Part shown: piece after piece, positions 22,401 through 35,500 of the stretch
How positions within the stretch are numbered: the stretch's first letter is position 1
Layout of the letters: every line of letters begins with the position of its first letter
Assembly: GCA_964270895.1 (NCBI GenBank)
Contig: OZ185437.1
DNA length: 64,000 bases
Reading direction: 5' to 3' (one strand)
DNA from: Podarcis filfolensis
Lineage: Eukaryota
The notes under the pieces: generated by a model
What the model saw: only the letters and a program-made list of their open reading frames with translations
The model's database searches: none
What the model was told of the DNA's origin: nothing
Translations under genes and position numbers: made by a program

Positions 22401-25400
22401 TTTTAGAGAAACAAAGCATCTCCAAGTGAAACACTATTTGTTTAAGGATTACAGAAATGACAATACCCTTGATCTTGCTGTTCCACACCTGGTATAAGCG
22501 ACTGCTCAACTTACATTTGAAGAAACGAATGCAAATGTGATTCATTGAGGAAGTCACAGTGGATGCGTTTGGATGTTAAAATAAACCTTGGTTTAGAGTG
22601 TTGTGAATGAGCATACGTAAGCCTCAGAAACTCGTACTCTCCCCTCCAATGCAAAGAGGAGGAAAGAGCTGGCTTCTTTTAAACTAGCAACTTGTCAGTT
22701 TGAATTAAACAAGATGCCAGGGATAAGCAAAAAGGGAAGTGAAACCTTCTGAACTCCTTGTGGCCATGCCAAGGCAGAAGAGGAATTGTGTGCAAGCCCC
22801 AGGCTCATTCACATCACAGTTACAGAAAGGTAGCCGTGTTGGTCTGCCATACTCAAAACAAACAAACAAACAAACAAATTTTCGTGCATGCACACGAAAG
22901 CTCATACCAAGAACTAACTTAGTTGGTCTTTAAGGTGCTACTGGAAAGAAATTTGTTTGTTTGTTTGTTTCACATCACAGTGTTATGCCTGAACATAGCC
23001 ATCAGTGTTCATTATCATCCCAGCACACAATGTGTCTCGTAGAGTGCAGCAGCAGAGTGTCAGACTAGACTCAGAAGGATCAGCCATGAGCTTCAGCCAA
23101 TCATGCTCTTTTGTCCATTGTCAAGTGTGAAGTAAATTAGCCTAAGATGGAATGAGCTCCTTGGAGGAACAGAAAAAATCTGTGATAAAGAAAATTTGCT
23201 TTATCTATTTTATTTGGGCAGGTCCAAAGTTTTATAACGTTTGCACGTACTGAAGCTGTTAACTTGTATATTCACAGGTCAATTCATGCATCTTAAATGT
23301 TTACGGACAGGAGTGAGGCAGAGAGAAACGTGAACATACATTATTCCGTAGAAACTCTGTGGAAGAACAATGCATTGGTTGTATCTAAAACTGGCATGCA
23401 CATTTTAATTCACATAACAGGACTTTGCCTTACTCTCCTCCCTCCCTCCCTGCACCCACAAAAATCTGCTCTGGAGCAGACTTCTGAAGACATGAGTGGG
23501 GCTGCAGGGAGCAGGAGAACCACAGAGAGTCCTGTTGTATGGGCAGAAATTCACCTGCACTGTGGAAGTCTGTTGCATTAATGGAACTGCAGCATTGGAT
23601 ATAACCCACTGAAGGCCAATTTTCTAGAACTCCATTTCTGATCCACCTTGTTGCAGTAGGGAATCTTTTCATGGGCACATTTTTAGAGATATACAGTGGT
23701 ACCTCAGGTTACATATGCTTCAGGTTACAGACTCCGCTAACCCAGAAATATTACCTCGGGTTAAGTACTTTGCTTCAGGATGAGAACAGAAATCGTGCTC
23801 CAGCAGCGCGGCGGCAGCAGGAGGCCCCATTAGCTAAAGTGGTGCTTCAGGTTAAGAACAATTTCAGGTTAAGTACGGACCTCCAGAACGAATTAAGTAC
23901 TTAACCTGAGGTACCACTGTATACAAATCCCACATATCTCACATATCATCAAAAAGTAAGTCAAAAATATTACTAAAATCTTACTTTCTTCTGGAGTTCA
24001 TGGATTGTCTGTAGCACTGGTTGTAAAGCCTGGTGGGCTTCAGAAACTTCTGCATTTGATTTGCTCATATAATGTTGACGGAGTTGCTCACACTGTTTTT
24101 TAAATGATAGAGAAAGACACCAAACACTGAAATACTTACAACATTGTTAGTTAATAGTTGATACATTATTATCAGTGAATGTAGATGAAATAGAATACTA
24201 TGTTTTTTAGAAGAGTGTTAGGCCATTTTTAATTACTTTCACTCTCCAGAAAGGCCACAACATAAATTGCTATACCAAGCTAGAATCACATATGAACACA
24301 GCTGCTACCTACAACAAAATCTACAGAAGGACTCAAGAGACATTTGTGTTGAGATTCCTGCATCACAGGGGGGTTGGACTAGATGACCCTCAGGGTACCT
24401 TCCAACTCTATGATTCTATGGGCAACCCACAGTAAGTAAGACCAACCAACCATAGGGAATATTTTCTTTGAAAGTCATATTTCAGTCAGGACTGCCCTTA
24501 TCCCTAGAACATAGAGAAACTTACACAGCTTTTCTAATCAGAACGGATATTCATGTTTATCTGGAATATTGCAAGTTTATTTGAATATCATCAACAACAG
24601 ACATAACTTACCAGTTCTGGACAACAATGAAATATTACTTTGCCCATAACACTTATCTGGATAATTACCTTTAACATTGTGAATTTCAACTCTGGGCAGA
24701 GATTCTGTCTATCACCTTGTTAGTGCTAGTATATATTAAGCATTAGATGTTTTAATGGCATCAGCAAAATAAACTGATACTAAGGTATTGCCACTAATTT
24801 CCACTCTGTGTTCCAATTCTACAGTTTGTTCTTCATTAAATGTCACATCCTTGTTTTCATCATCTGTGAAAAGTTACTTGGTCAGCATCAAAACATCTGA
24901 TCTATTGGTATTCATTCTTGCCTTGCTAGTTTTTCAGCTTCAGTTATCCCAGCCAAACTTTTCCTAAAGGCAGTCCTTTAAAAGTACCGATCAATTCAAT
25001 TAGCTTCAACTTCACAACCATAAACTCTTTCTATTATTATTAATAGCCTAGCACAGTTAGTGGAGGTTTGAGAAGAACTGCATTAACTCTACAACAATAG
25101 CCAGGATAAGGTTATGAAGAAGTTAAGCACAGCAGTCTCCATAAGGAAACTATTCATTTGTTCTTGCAGCTTGTTACTGACAGTTGTGACCTTGAAAGTG
25201 TACTACAGCTGCATCTGGAAAGATATGGCAAACATGGAATTTCCTTACATTTGACCTTAGGATTGTAAGCATTTCTGTAAGAGGCCTCAAAGCTATCCTG
25301 TAACAAATTACATTCTTTTATAAATTCTTTTGCAGGAAGTATTCCTAAACACACTGAAGTGCACACAGTGTACAATCACCTCTTCTTGAAGCCTGCTATC

Positions 25401-28400
25401 GCGCAAAGTGGGTGATATCCCAGGATGCTTTCCTGCCAGAAGCTCCATCAGGTTGTGCGTAGAATGAAGTCTCTGCGTTTGTCAATACACAAGGCAGCAG
25501 TGATTAAGTTTGACGTATGGTGACAATTACGAACAAAAAGCAGTTTAAATTGGCAGTAGAATCCCCACAGAAACATGAATACACTACCACACAGAACTAT
25601 CGTATATACTCGTGTATAAGCTGACTTTTTCAGCACATTTTTTAATGCTGAAAAAGCCCCCCATGGCTTATACTCAAGTGAGGGTCCCACCCGAGTGCAT
25701 TTATGACAGTGGCAAAAGTGGAGGAGCACCCTAGGTAGGCAGGGGTACGGGAGGGGCTGGGGGGGAGAGTTTGTGGTGTGGTGAACCAACTTATACTCGA
25801 GTCAATACGTTTCCCCAGTTTTTGAGGTAAAATAAGGTCCCTCGGCTTATATTCGGGTCGGCTTATACTCGTGTATATACGGTAAATAATCTTCTACCCA
25901 TATCTCAAAGTTATGGCAGTATACACTTATTCATGTTATACAAAAAAGAACAGTACAGGTGACTCCCCATTTATGTGGGGGTTACATTCCGAACCCCAGT
26001 GCACATACGTGAAATTGTGTAAGCAGCCTTCAAAGATTTTAAAAACAGCTGAGTGTCATGTCTTGTACAGTACTTTGAAAAGCTCTCTGCAAAATCTGTA
26101 TGTGGGCAAGTAGGGTCAAAAACATTCTGAAATTATGTGTTTGGCTGGTGGGCATCTCTGTCCCACTGTTAAACTTGGTCCACTGGCCAGATCCTGTTCT
26201 CTACTCCTGTAATAGTGTAATAAACTGACTCCTGTACCTTATAGAACTATAGGTGCCCACAGGTATTCCATAGTGAGGCTTTAAAAAAACAACACCATCA
26301 CCAGCTGAAAGGCCTAGCTCACTGTTTACATTGTTCATCTGGTACCATAGATTGAGTATTACTGTTCACAATATTTATATCCTGGTCTTCCATACTTCCA
26401 GAATAGCACCTGCCTATTCATATGTGAAGTTGGATGTAACACTATTTCAAAGAGGAATTAGTTTTCCTCTTATGGATAGATTGAACTAAACTGATGCAAA
26501 ATATAAGCTGGTTCCTAAATATCAGAATATATGCCTGGTGACAATGATGATTTTTGAAAGTTGACAACATTACCAGGTCTCTCTTTGCAAAAGAGGTTGG
26601 TACTTGATGGCTGATCAGGTGATCAATCTTTTAGCTCATGAACAGACATAAAAGCCAAGAAAAAGGCAAAAAAAGTTCCACAAAATTTCTGTACTAGTTT
26701 AAAGAGTGCCTTCAGAGATTATGCACATACTTGCAATGAATCTGTTTTGAGCTTCTCTTTGTGCTCTTCAGAGGAACGCAGCACCTCTCGATACATGTCT
26801 GCTGCCAATGCATATTCACCTGAAAAATTAGCATATTTCAGACTGGAGTATTGGGATTTCTGTCTTTCAAATGTCTAATTACCTACAACCGTACACGCAG
26901 TGCCATCAGGATTTCTTAGTAAGCACTTTAATTAGAGGCATCTATGCTGAATAAACAAATTATAACTGAAAAGGAGTTGGAAAATAAATTTCCAACTGTG
27001 AAAACAAAGCTAAAACACAGAATTCTACTACTACCACCGTTATTTTTCATTCCAGGGAAGTAGAAGCAATGAGAACCCTCTACCCACCCTGGAAATGGAA
27101 GATACAGACACTTTCTATGTCTGTTCCCAAACAGAAATAATTCCCTATTTCCAACACTTAGAAACATTACTGTAAAGTATTATATTAAATTGTTTGGCTA
27201 TTTACATATGGAAGCTTGACAGAGACAGACCGGCAAACATATTGTAGCATTAAGATCAAAACAGTAAAATTGTGTATGCAGCCACTGATAAAGTTAGCAT
27301 ATTTTTAAAATGTTGTAAAAAATATTTTTTGAGATAAGAAATATAAAATAAAACTGTATATAGTCACTATTCCCTGTTAGATTCAAGTACTTCTTATGCT
27401 GATCCAGAGTTGTGTGCTGGGTCACCAGACTTTTGAGTGGGCCTGTAAAACTGCCCTCCTCTTTTCTGACTGCTTGAAAAAGGCATGCAAGTATTTCCTC
27501 AAGTGCCATCTTAATTTCTGATTAAATTTCTCTTCCTGCATCTTGGTGTACCAAGTCTACCTTGAAGTAATATTTCAGCGACTTACACCTCCTAACCTTC
27601 CACAGACTTACAATTCTGCAGCTTTGCTTGCAGCTATAGTACAAATGTCATTTCTTGAGTATCCTGAACATACACATTTTCCTTTAGGATTTACCAGTAA
27701 CTCTACTAAAAAAATGCCTAAACACCTGGGCTGGTACTTAACTATTTAAGAAACAACCAACAGATTCCACAGCTAGCCCAATTTAGTTTGGTGCTCAGAG
27801 CCAAGGGATATTCGTAGTTAGTAAGTGGCTAGATTACAGAGGCTTATATTTTGATTAGAGGAAACTGAGGCAAAACAAATCAGCCCTTTGGATTTAGTCT
27901 GAATTAACCAAATAGTAAAGATCTCCCCCCCTCTCTCTCAATAAAAATAAAATATATGAGTGCTACTGCACTCATAAGAACTACACCAAACTATTATGAG
28001 CCAATTTTACCTTTAATAATATGAATACCAGCTAATCCATTCAAAGCACACACCAGTTGCCTATGGACTTCCTCACATTCTGTTCGACATTTTTTCTGTA
28101 GTGATGTTAGAAGCTCCTCCATTGTCATTGTGCTAGAACAGAGACCCAAAGCATGAAGTGCAGGCATTCAATATGCATCAGAGGTCATAAGCCCACCTTT
28201 TCAAGAATGTACTTTTTATAACAATAATAAACCGAAAGGGCTAGCAACTGGTATGATTCAAATATGATGCTGTTCTACTGCTATTATTTAATATTTTTAT
28301 TAAATATATTCCATTTAATATACAGAAAAAATGATACAATCCTTGCCTAGATGCCTTGTAATCCACATTATATGCAAAAGTGTGGTGAGAGACTATAATG

Positions 28401-31400
28401 ACTGACTTGACATGACCAAGTGACATGACCTTAGTGACACAACAAATAGTGGAATAGCACTGCTAGCCTACAGGAGAGGGGGACAAGTAACTGCAGTTGG
28501 GATTGTTTCCCTGAAGAAGGGTCTCCTCCTTTTCCCCCAGTCCATGTTGCTCAAGGTCTCATGATGTCATTGGCCAAGCCAAATAATCTTCATTATTTGA
28601 CACACAGCCCCAAACTCTCCACTGGACCTGCTATGCCGGCCCATGGAAAAGGGAGAAACACTTTAAAAACATTCCAGTCTGGGCTTGTTGATGGTGACAA
28701 CATTCAACTCAGCTGCTTGCTTTAAAAAAAAAAATTAAAATGGTGTGGACAGTACACTGCTATCTCATAATCTGATGAAAAGTGGAATGAGAAGGAACAG
28801 AAACCTGCAGAAGGCTTCCAGGGGGAAGCACCCTAACAGAGAAGCAGAGAGTTCTAAGAATATAAGATGAGCCCATCTGGACCAGAGCAAAGGCTATCTA
28901 GTCTCGCATTCTGTTCTCACCGAGCCAGCCAGATTATGAAGTCCAAAAGCAGGATATGAGCGCAACAGTACTCTCATGTTCACATTCCCCAGGCTCAATA
29001 CAGGACCAGAGTGGGAGAAACAGAGAAAGTAGGCATTGTTCACTGTCAGGTTCAAATTGTAAAATAAAAAATAAATGCTGATTTCTAAAAGACATGCTGT
29101 GAGGAAAAGGATATATATTGAACAACAGGCAAAGAAACCTGATGTCATTCTATATCTAAACCAAGAGGCTATTATGTGGATAAAAGACAACCTGGGACCC
29201 CCAGCTTCACAGAGGGCAGGATAGAAAAGCAACCGTGAACTAGCTTGCTAACCTGACAGAGACGATGGGTTCATTGTTTCTATTATTCAGAAGCTCTAGC
29301 ACTGTGTCATGGACACAGAAGTAAAAGGATACCCACATGTAATTTCAACCATTTGTTGTAAAAATGGACTATTGCTCTCAGACAAAAAGAGCTTAGAAAC
29401 AGATCCTTTTTCTGCGGTCCTTTTTATGGGAGCTACTTTTTTGTTACTGTACTCCTCCTTTACTGAAGTGCCTATGTTGTTGCTACGCATGAACATTCCA
29501 CTGAATATAGGTTGCTAGGACAGATAAAACCCTTCAGTTAAAATTAAAGCTGCTTTATTTCACTGACACATTTCCTGAACTTGCTGCATCAACTTAAACA
29601 GTAAAAAGTTAGTTTCAATATTCTGTTCCCAATACAAGCTAGTATTTCGAGGCTGTGATAGTATGAATAGTCAACATCAGTTGCCATACTATTATGCTAT
29701 TTCTTCTCACAGCAGAGTATAGAAACATGTAATCTGCAGAGTTGAAAAGGATTAATCAATCAGTACTATTACTTGTTGGTTGCAGATCAAAATGTGAATT
29801 TCAATTGGTGGTGTGTGCAGTGAAATATTCTTCAGCACTGTTCGATTTATGGTAAACAAATAGTCTTGAGTCAAGAGCGAAGACCAAACAGGTCAATGGA
29901 TCCCAACTACAGTTAGGCTAAACCTATCTGCATGGTTTAGACCTATTTATTTCTTTGCTCGGCTAGTTGTCTCAGAATACTATAAGTTAAAGATAATTAA
30001 AATTAAAAGATTTGATATCTTTACATTCATAGCCTTGGATCAAAAGCTGCTCTTTTGCAAGCAAAGGGCACCTCTGCTTCCTTCCTCTCTTTCCACTAAT
30101 TTCCCCTTCCTACTCCAACATCACTTGCACTTTACTGATGCAAGTCACAATGATTAAAAACATGGAGTGGGATCTTAGTTTTGCATATTATCTGACATTT
30201 GAACTTCAACAACTATCTTTTATGTTCCATCTGATGAGGTAACAAGACCACAGCAGGTTGCACACATGTATGTATGTCTTGCTCTGTATGCAGAATATAC
30301 AGGGTATTTTCAAACGCTGTCTTATAAGTATAAATTCAACTTCACAAGTACTCTGCTATTTCTAGAGTCACTGCCTGGAATACGAAGTCCAAATGAATAA
30401 CAAATGGCTTTCTGTTTCATATACCAAACTGGTGAATTACACTCACCAACTGACTTTAGAGTAACTACAGAAAAAGCCCAACCTTCACATTTCAATATTG
30501 TAAATCTACCCAGAAATAAGCCCCACCGACCCAGGTACATCAGTATAAGAGTCCCGTTATTATGAGAGGTCTAGAGTCACTTTAAGAATAAATGAAATTA
30601 ACCTTTTCTGCAGTGGGAGGAATTCTCCACGTACAGCTTGCGGGTGACAGCAGGCCTGCCTCAAGCGCAACAAAGGGTACAGAATGGAAGCAACTGTCCT
30701 CCGATCCAAGCTGCTAAGTTTGAGGGACCAATCAGAAATCTTCCTGAGTTTTGCCAGAGCATCCTGGCAGCAGACCTCATGCTGGCGATGATAAAAGTGT
30801 CTCTCCACAGGAGAAAAATAGAGCCAGTGTGTATCTTCTGTCTGAGCAGGGATCTGAATCTAATAATAAAATGAAACGACAAATGAGTAACTCAAGTATT
30901 GGGTGAAAAATGTTGTCTATGAACATATTCTTAGAACTTGTGTGTTTACTTGGTCAATCACGTCCTTCTTTGCTGACCTCCACATTATCTTGGCTATGAA
31001 GTTGTAGAGAGGCTGTGTGTTTTTCCTGCAGTATGGTCGATACAGAAGCTGATCCCACCAGTATTTGACCCAGTAAGGATCAGCTCCAAGGAACAGTACT
31101 AATCCATATAAATCTATGACAAAGGAACAGCACATTTTACTGCAAGCAAGAATTTTTTTAAAAAAAGCTTATACACAATGCAACTTAGCTAAGCCTGACA
31201 AGTAAAATTTCTTCACGCTTGCTTTCTTTGGGGAGGAGAGATGGAACTTGGGTGCTGCGTATACAACCAAATCTTTGTGAAAGCTTAAAATAAGCAGTAC
31301 ATCCCCTTATAAGCATCACACAGAGTCCACCAGCAATTTCAAAGCACTGACATTTTTCAAGATCTGGGCTTCAATCACAAATGTAAATTTTATATGGAAG

Positions 31401-32517
31401 TTCATGGAAGGATAGTTTCCAGTTTCCTCCTAATTCTTAGGAGGCTTTCCTGAACAAGGATTACTGCATGGTGGCAATGATAGAGGGTAGAAAACTTTCC
31501 AGTGCTTAAAAAAATATTTTTGTTGTTGCCGTTTCTTAAGTTTATTACTAAAAACGAATAGATGCCAATTGTAAATGCAATTATTAGGTGCTCATAATCC
31601 AGTGTTGACAGAAGATTAGCTATACTATTCACCTTCCAGTCCTCGTTGCACTGGTGTGCCACTGACACACCAGCGATTGATTCCACTCAAACGGAGAGCC
31701 ATTTCTGCAGCCTAATAAAATATTATAGAAAATATAATTAAAGCCCATGACTACTAGGAACAACCTCATGCTTAGCCCAAAAATATTAAGCAATACTAAG
31801 GGTCCACCTGTCACCACGCTTTCTAAATGTACTTTCTACATGACTTGAATGGCAAGGATGACTACCACAATGGTAAGTGAAGACTAACTGCTTTAGGAAA
31901 CTGACGAGATGGTAGTTCCCCACCTTTCTATTTCATCCCCCTGTAGAGACCAACCAGTAGAAAGAGTCCTAGTGAAAAATGCTCAGCTGGAATATCCCAA
32001 CAATCTACACAGTCCACACTGCTATAACTCAGTTTTGTGAACAGGGAAGGGATGAAATAGGCTGAACATTTGAGCAATGTAAACTGAAGTATTGAGACAG
32101 CATTCCATTTCTATTTTCCTACTCAGGTGAGTTCCTGGCCTGCCATCATTACTGCATCTTGCCATCAGAACAAAGCCCCTTATATTCACAGACATGGTGT
32201 GAATACTTTTCCATAGCTTCTCGTTTCTTCAAACTGTAACACTTTTACACATTGTTCCAATTTCCTACACTCCATATCACTGCAATTCAGCCTCCCCTTC
32301 CTTTCTTCAGCAAGCCCGCTTCTGGAACCCATTCCCCTCATTCCCACTGTCGTCTGGGTTCTTTCCGTCACTCTACTTTACAGATGTCTATTCATTTGTA
32401 CACATGGCGGTCCTCAGTAAAACTGAACAGCTATCTGATCTGTATGAGGATACACCTATTGTGGGTGTGTTCCAACATCTCTCTCTCTCATTCCGATCAA
32501 TACACAACACCTACCCA

Positions 32518-32554
<37 letters not shown>

Positions 32555-35500
32555 TGAGAATATCACATTGTTACTGTTCAAAGGATTATCTGTTCAAATA
32601 TGCAATGTCATCCACCAAGAAATTCCTTTACTGGAGGTGAGCAGGTACTCACAGCAGTATCGCTTTGCAAATAGCTGAAATGGTCCTGTTTAATATTTCT
32701 TAATGTCAATAAAGACCGTTTTACAGCTTCTAGACCCAAGGGCAGACCCTCTGCCTGTTTAGATAGGCACTGAAACAGACTAACATCTTGCTTTCAACTA
32801 TCAAGCAGTGTAATATACATGATGACCTAGTTCTTTAAACTGTCAGAATACATTGTGTTAAGAGATTAAATAATAAAAAAGTACTAAGCTTCATAGCAAG
32901 TCAAACCTCTGGCAGATAAAACATTTAGTAACACCTCCAAGGGAAACTATATTAGTCACTTCAGAAGAATAAATGTCAAGGTCAAATTTATATGCCTGCG
33001 TGTTAAAAGGGTATACAAGTAGGCTCTTTCATTTGATTTTATGTTGTACATGTTCAACAGGGTCATACCCAAGCAACTCATGTTCATTCTCACCTTTGCA
33101 GTGGTGCATTCTACCATCTGTGCTTCATCCAGGCAAATTCTCCACCACTCCACAGCTACCAAGGGACTTGGGATAGCCATGTAACGCTTCTGGTTCCTGA
33201 AACGGCGTCCATCTTCACTATTACTGTGAGGAATGTCCACATAGTTCAGTTCACTACGAAGGACATCATATGTGGTGATCACTACTTCCTGCTCTGCCAA
33301 GATGTGAGGCTGCAAGAAACCATGCTTCTTCACTCCTTGATAAACCTGCATAAATTTGGGCACAATGCACATGAGAGAAAGCATGGACAATTAAATTGAG
33401 GGAGGGGGAGAGACACAGAACACTGAGAAGCTGAAAATTTCCTGCTTTGTAGGATTTTAACACTATGATGACAGCTTTACTCACAGTTAAGCATGCTGTG
33501 GTTAAAAAAAAGTAGGTTCTCTATAATTTGGCTCTCAAGTTTCATGACAGAAATGATTGCTAAATCAAGAACTGACTACTTTAGAAACCAAGATTTACAA
33601 GAAATAATCTTTTTCAGAAGATAAGAGGAAGTTCTGTGACAAAAGGAGAAGTATTTGCATGAACAATTTTGTTGGATACAGCCCTTGATTTACATTGGCA
33701 TTTTTTTCCTTGTTGATTTTAAATCACTGATTTAAATTGTCTTAATATAAATCAATCTATCCTGCAAAAATAAAATCTTAAGGATTACTACCAATATAAA
33801 AATGTACTGAAATGCTGGACATTTATTTTAACAACTATCCAGGAGTGAAAATATTTTCATTCTACTCACTTAATAACTGCATTTGCTACACTCTGCCTCA
33901 ACATAGTATACTTCCCCTATTGGTTGCTGTGAAACAACACCTTTTCTTACCAACACTCGAAGAGAAGATGATCTCACGTGCCTGTTAATCTCATCAACCC
34001 ACTGGTGGCAGATAGAACTTGGAGAGATTATCAGAGTAGCTCCTGTTGGAACTGGTTTCATTGCTACAAGGCAATGGGGACAGTAAAAGGGTTTGATCTT
34101 TAGATTTTCTTCTTTGTAGTTCACACACTCAGCATGCTGCCACAGGTGGCAGTTCAGGCACTGCACACGGGCCTTATAGTCAACCAAGCCAAGCTCACCA
34201 CATATGCATTCAAAGCGATAATCAGAGGTATTGAATGGAAAAATAGAACCAGGATGTGGTACAAAAATGCTAGTGTGTTCTTGAGAGGCTGGAGACTGGC
34301 CTTCTGAGTTGTCTTGCTGCTCTTCAGCTTCATCATCTTTTTTAGAAATGTCAGTAGAATACGTTTTGTTTTTTGAAATAGGCCTATTTTCTTGCAAGTC
34401 AGAAGTTCTATACAGAGAATCTTCTTGCATTATCCAGCCCTTAGGATCCATTTCTGATTTTGTATTATCTTTGCTTCTTGTACAGTAATCATGCTCTTCT
34501 GCTGTGATGTCTACTGCCTGAGATAGTTTAAGACCATTTGGATAGCACGTGCCCTCATCTCCCAATTCTTTGGTTTCATTCTTATTTTCTGGTGAATTTT
34601 TCTTCTGAACCCTAGCTGAAGTTTTTATTTTCTAAAACAAACAAACAAAATAAAATAAACTTATTTTGCTTTTTCAGCTTCATAAAAACACTCTGGATTA
34701 AATCAAACACTTGATTAGGAGGCACAAGGGAAGGGGAGCTGGAAAAGTCCCAAAGTGCATGCTGCATTCTGTGGATGTTTGGAACAAAATACACTTTCAG
34801 GATACTGAGTAGACTTTTACAAGACTTTTTAAAGGGAGTTCCAAACAAAGAAACACACACACACTCTTACTAGGGGTTGCCACCCCTGCTCTGTTCACCA
34901 ACCCCTTTGCCCTTCCCACACACCTAACCAACCCCACCGCCCTTTTATATCTCAACCCTTACCTGCCCAACTACTGTGTGAAGGGCTTTCCCCATTAAAC
35001 TCTGCTACAGCATCCCACCCCTTCCAATAAACAGCTCACTGATAGGTTGCCTATCAGTGGCCATGCAAATTGCAGAGTGTTGACATCTTACATTTTAATG
35101 CATATAGGAATATATATATAAATATGTGTGCGTTATACATTTTCAGTTCTTTTTGTCCTCTAATTTAGCACTGCAGTTTAACACTGAGAAACTACACCCC
35201 AAACTACAATGCAACACATCTGTAATTCATTAAACAGTGTAATAGCATTACACCCAAGAGATCTACTGCACATTATAAGTACATTCATCCTCATTATCAG
35301 CCATTGGGATTCATACCCAGTTCTCCCTGGCCTAAATTACATGCAATTATTTCAACCCATTAAAATGTTCAGGGATTGATATGAAGATATCTCACAACAA
35401 CTTTTGAGACTACTGTCATTAAAGCAGATGGCGGAAAATATCCAATGGCAAATCCAGATAAGATTTCCTACACAGCGATTACCCCCTGAATTCTATCAAC

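Noticed and set aside
24761-24863. Box C/D snoRNA candidate (ATGATGA...CTGA on - strand, intron 16)
   Set aside because: No terminal stem beyond 2 bp and no guide complementarity I can recognise.
24700-25000. Possible pogo/Tigger transposase fossil (QMF.DADQ-like) on - strand
   Set aside because: Needs frameshifts and stops, and the similarity is too weak to support without a profile search.
27294-27620. About 95 codons with a single stop in intron 14 ([12 protein letters not shown]...)
   Set aside because: No recognisable homology or splice signals; compatible with chance.
28850-28930. RTECE motif resembling SHPRH exon 14 (a duplicated exon?)
   Set aside because: It is followed at once by a stop and matches a common CR1/SINE-tail repeat (ctggaccagagcaaaggctatctagtc..ctgttctcac); the true exon is at 28011-28132.
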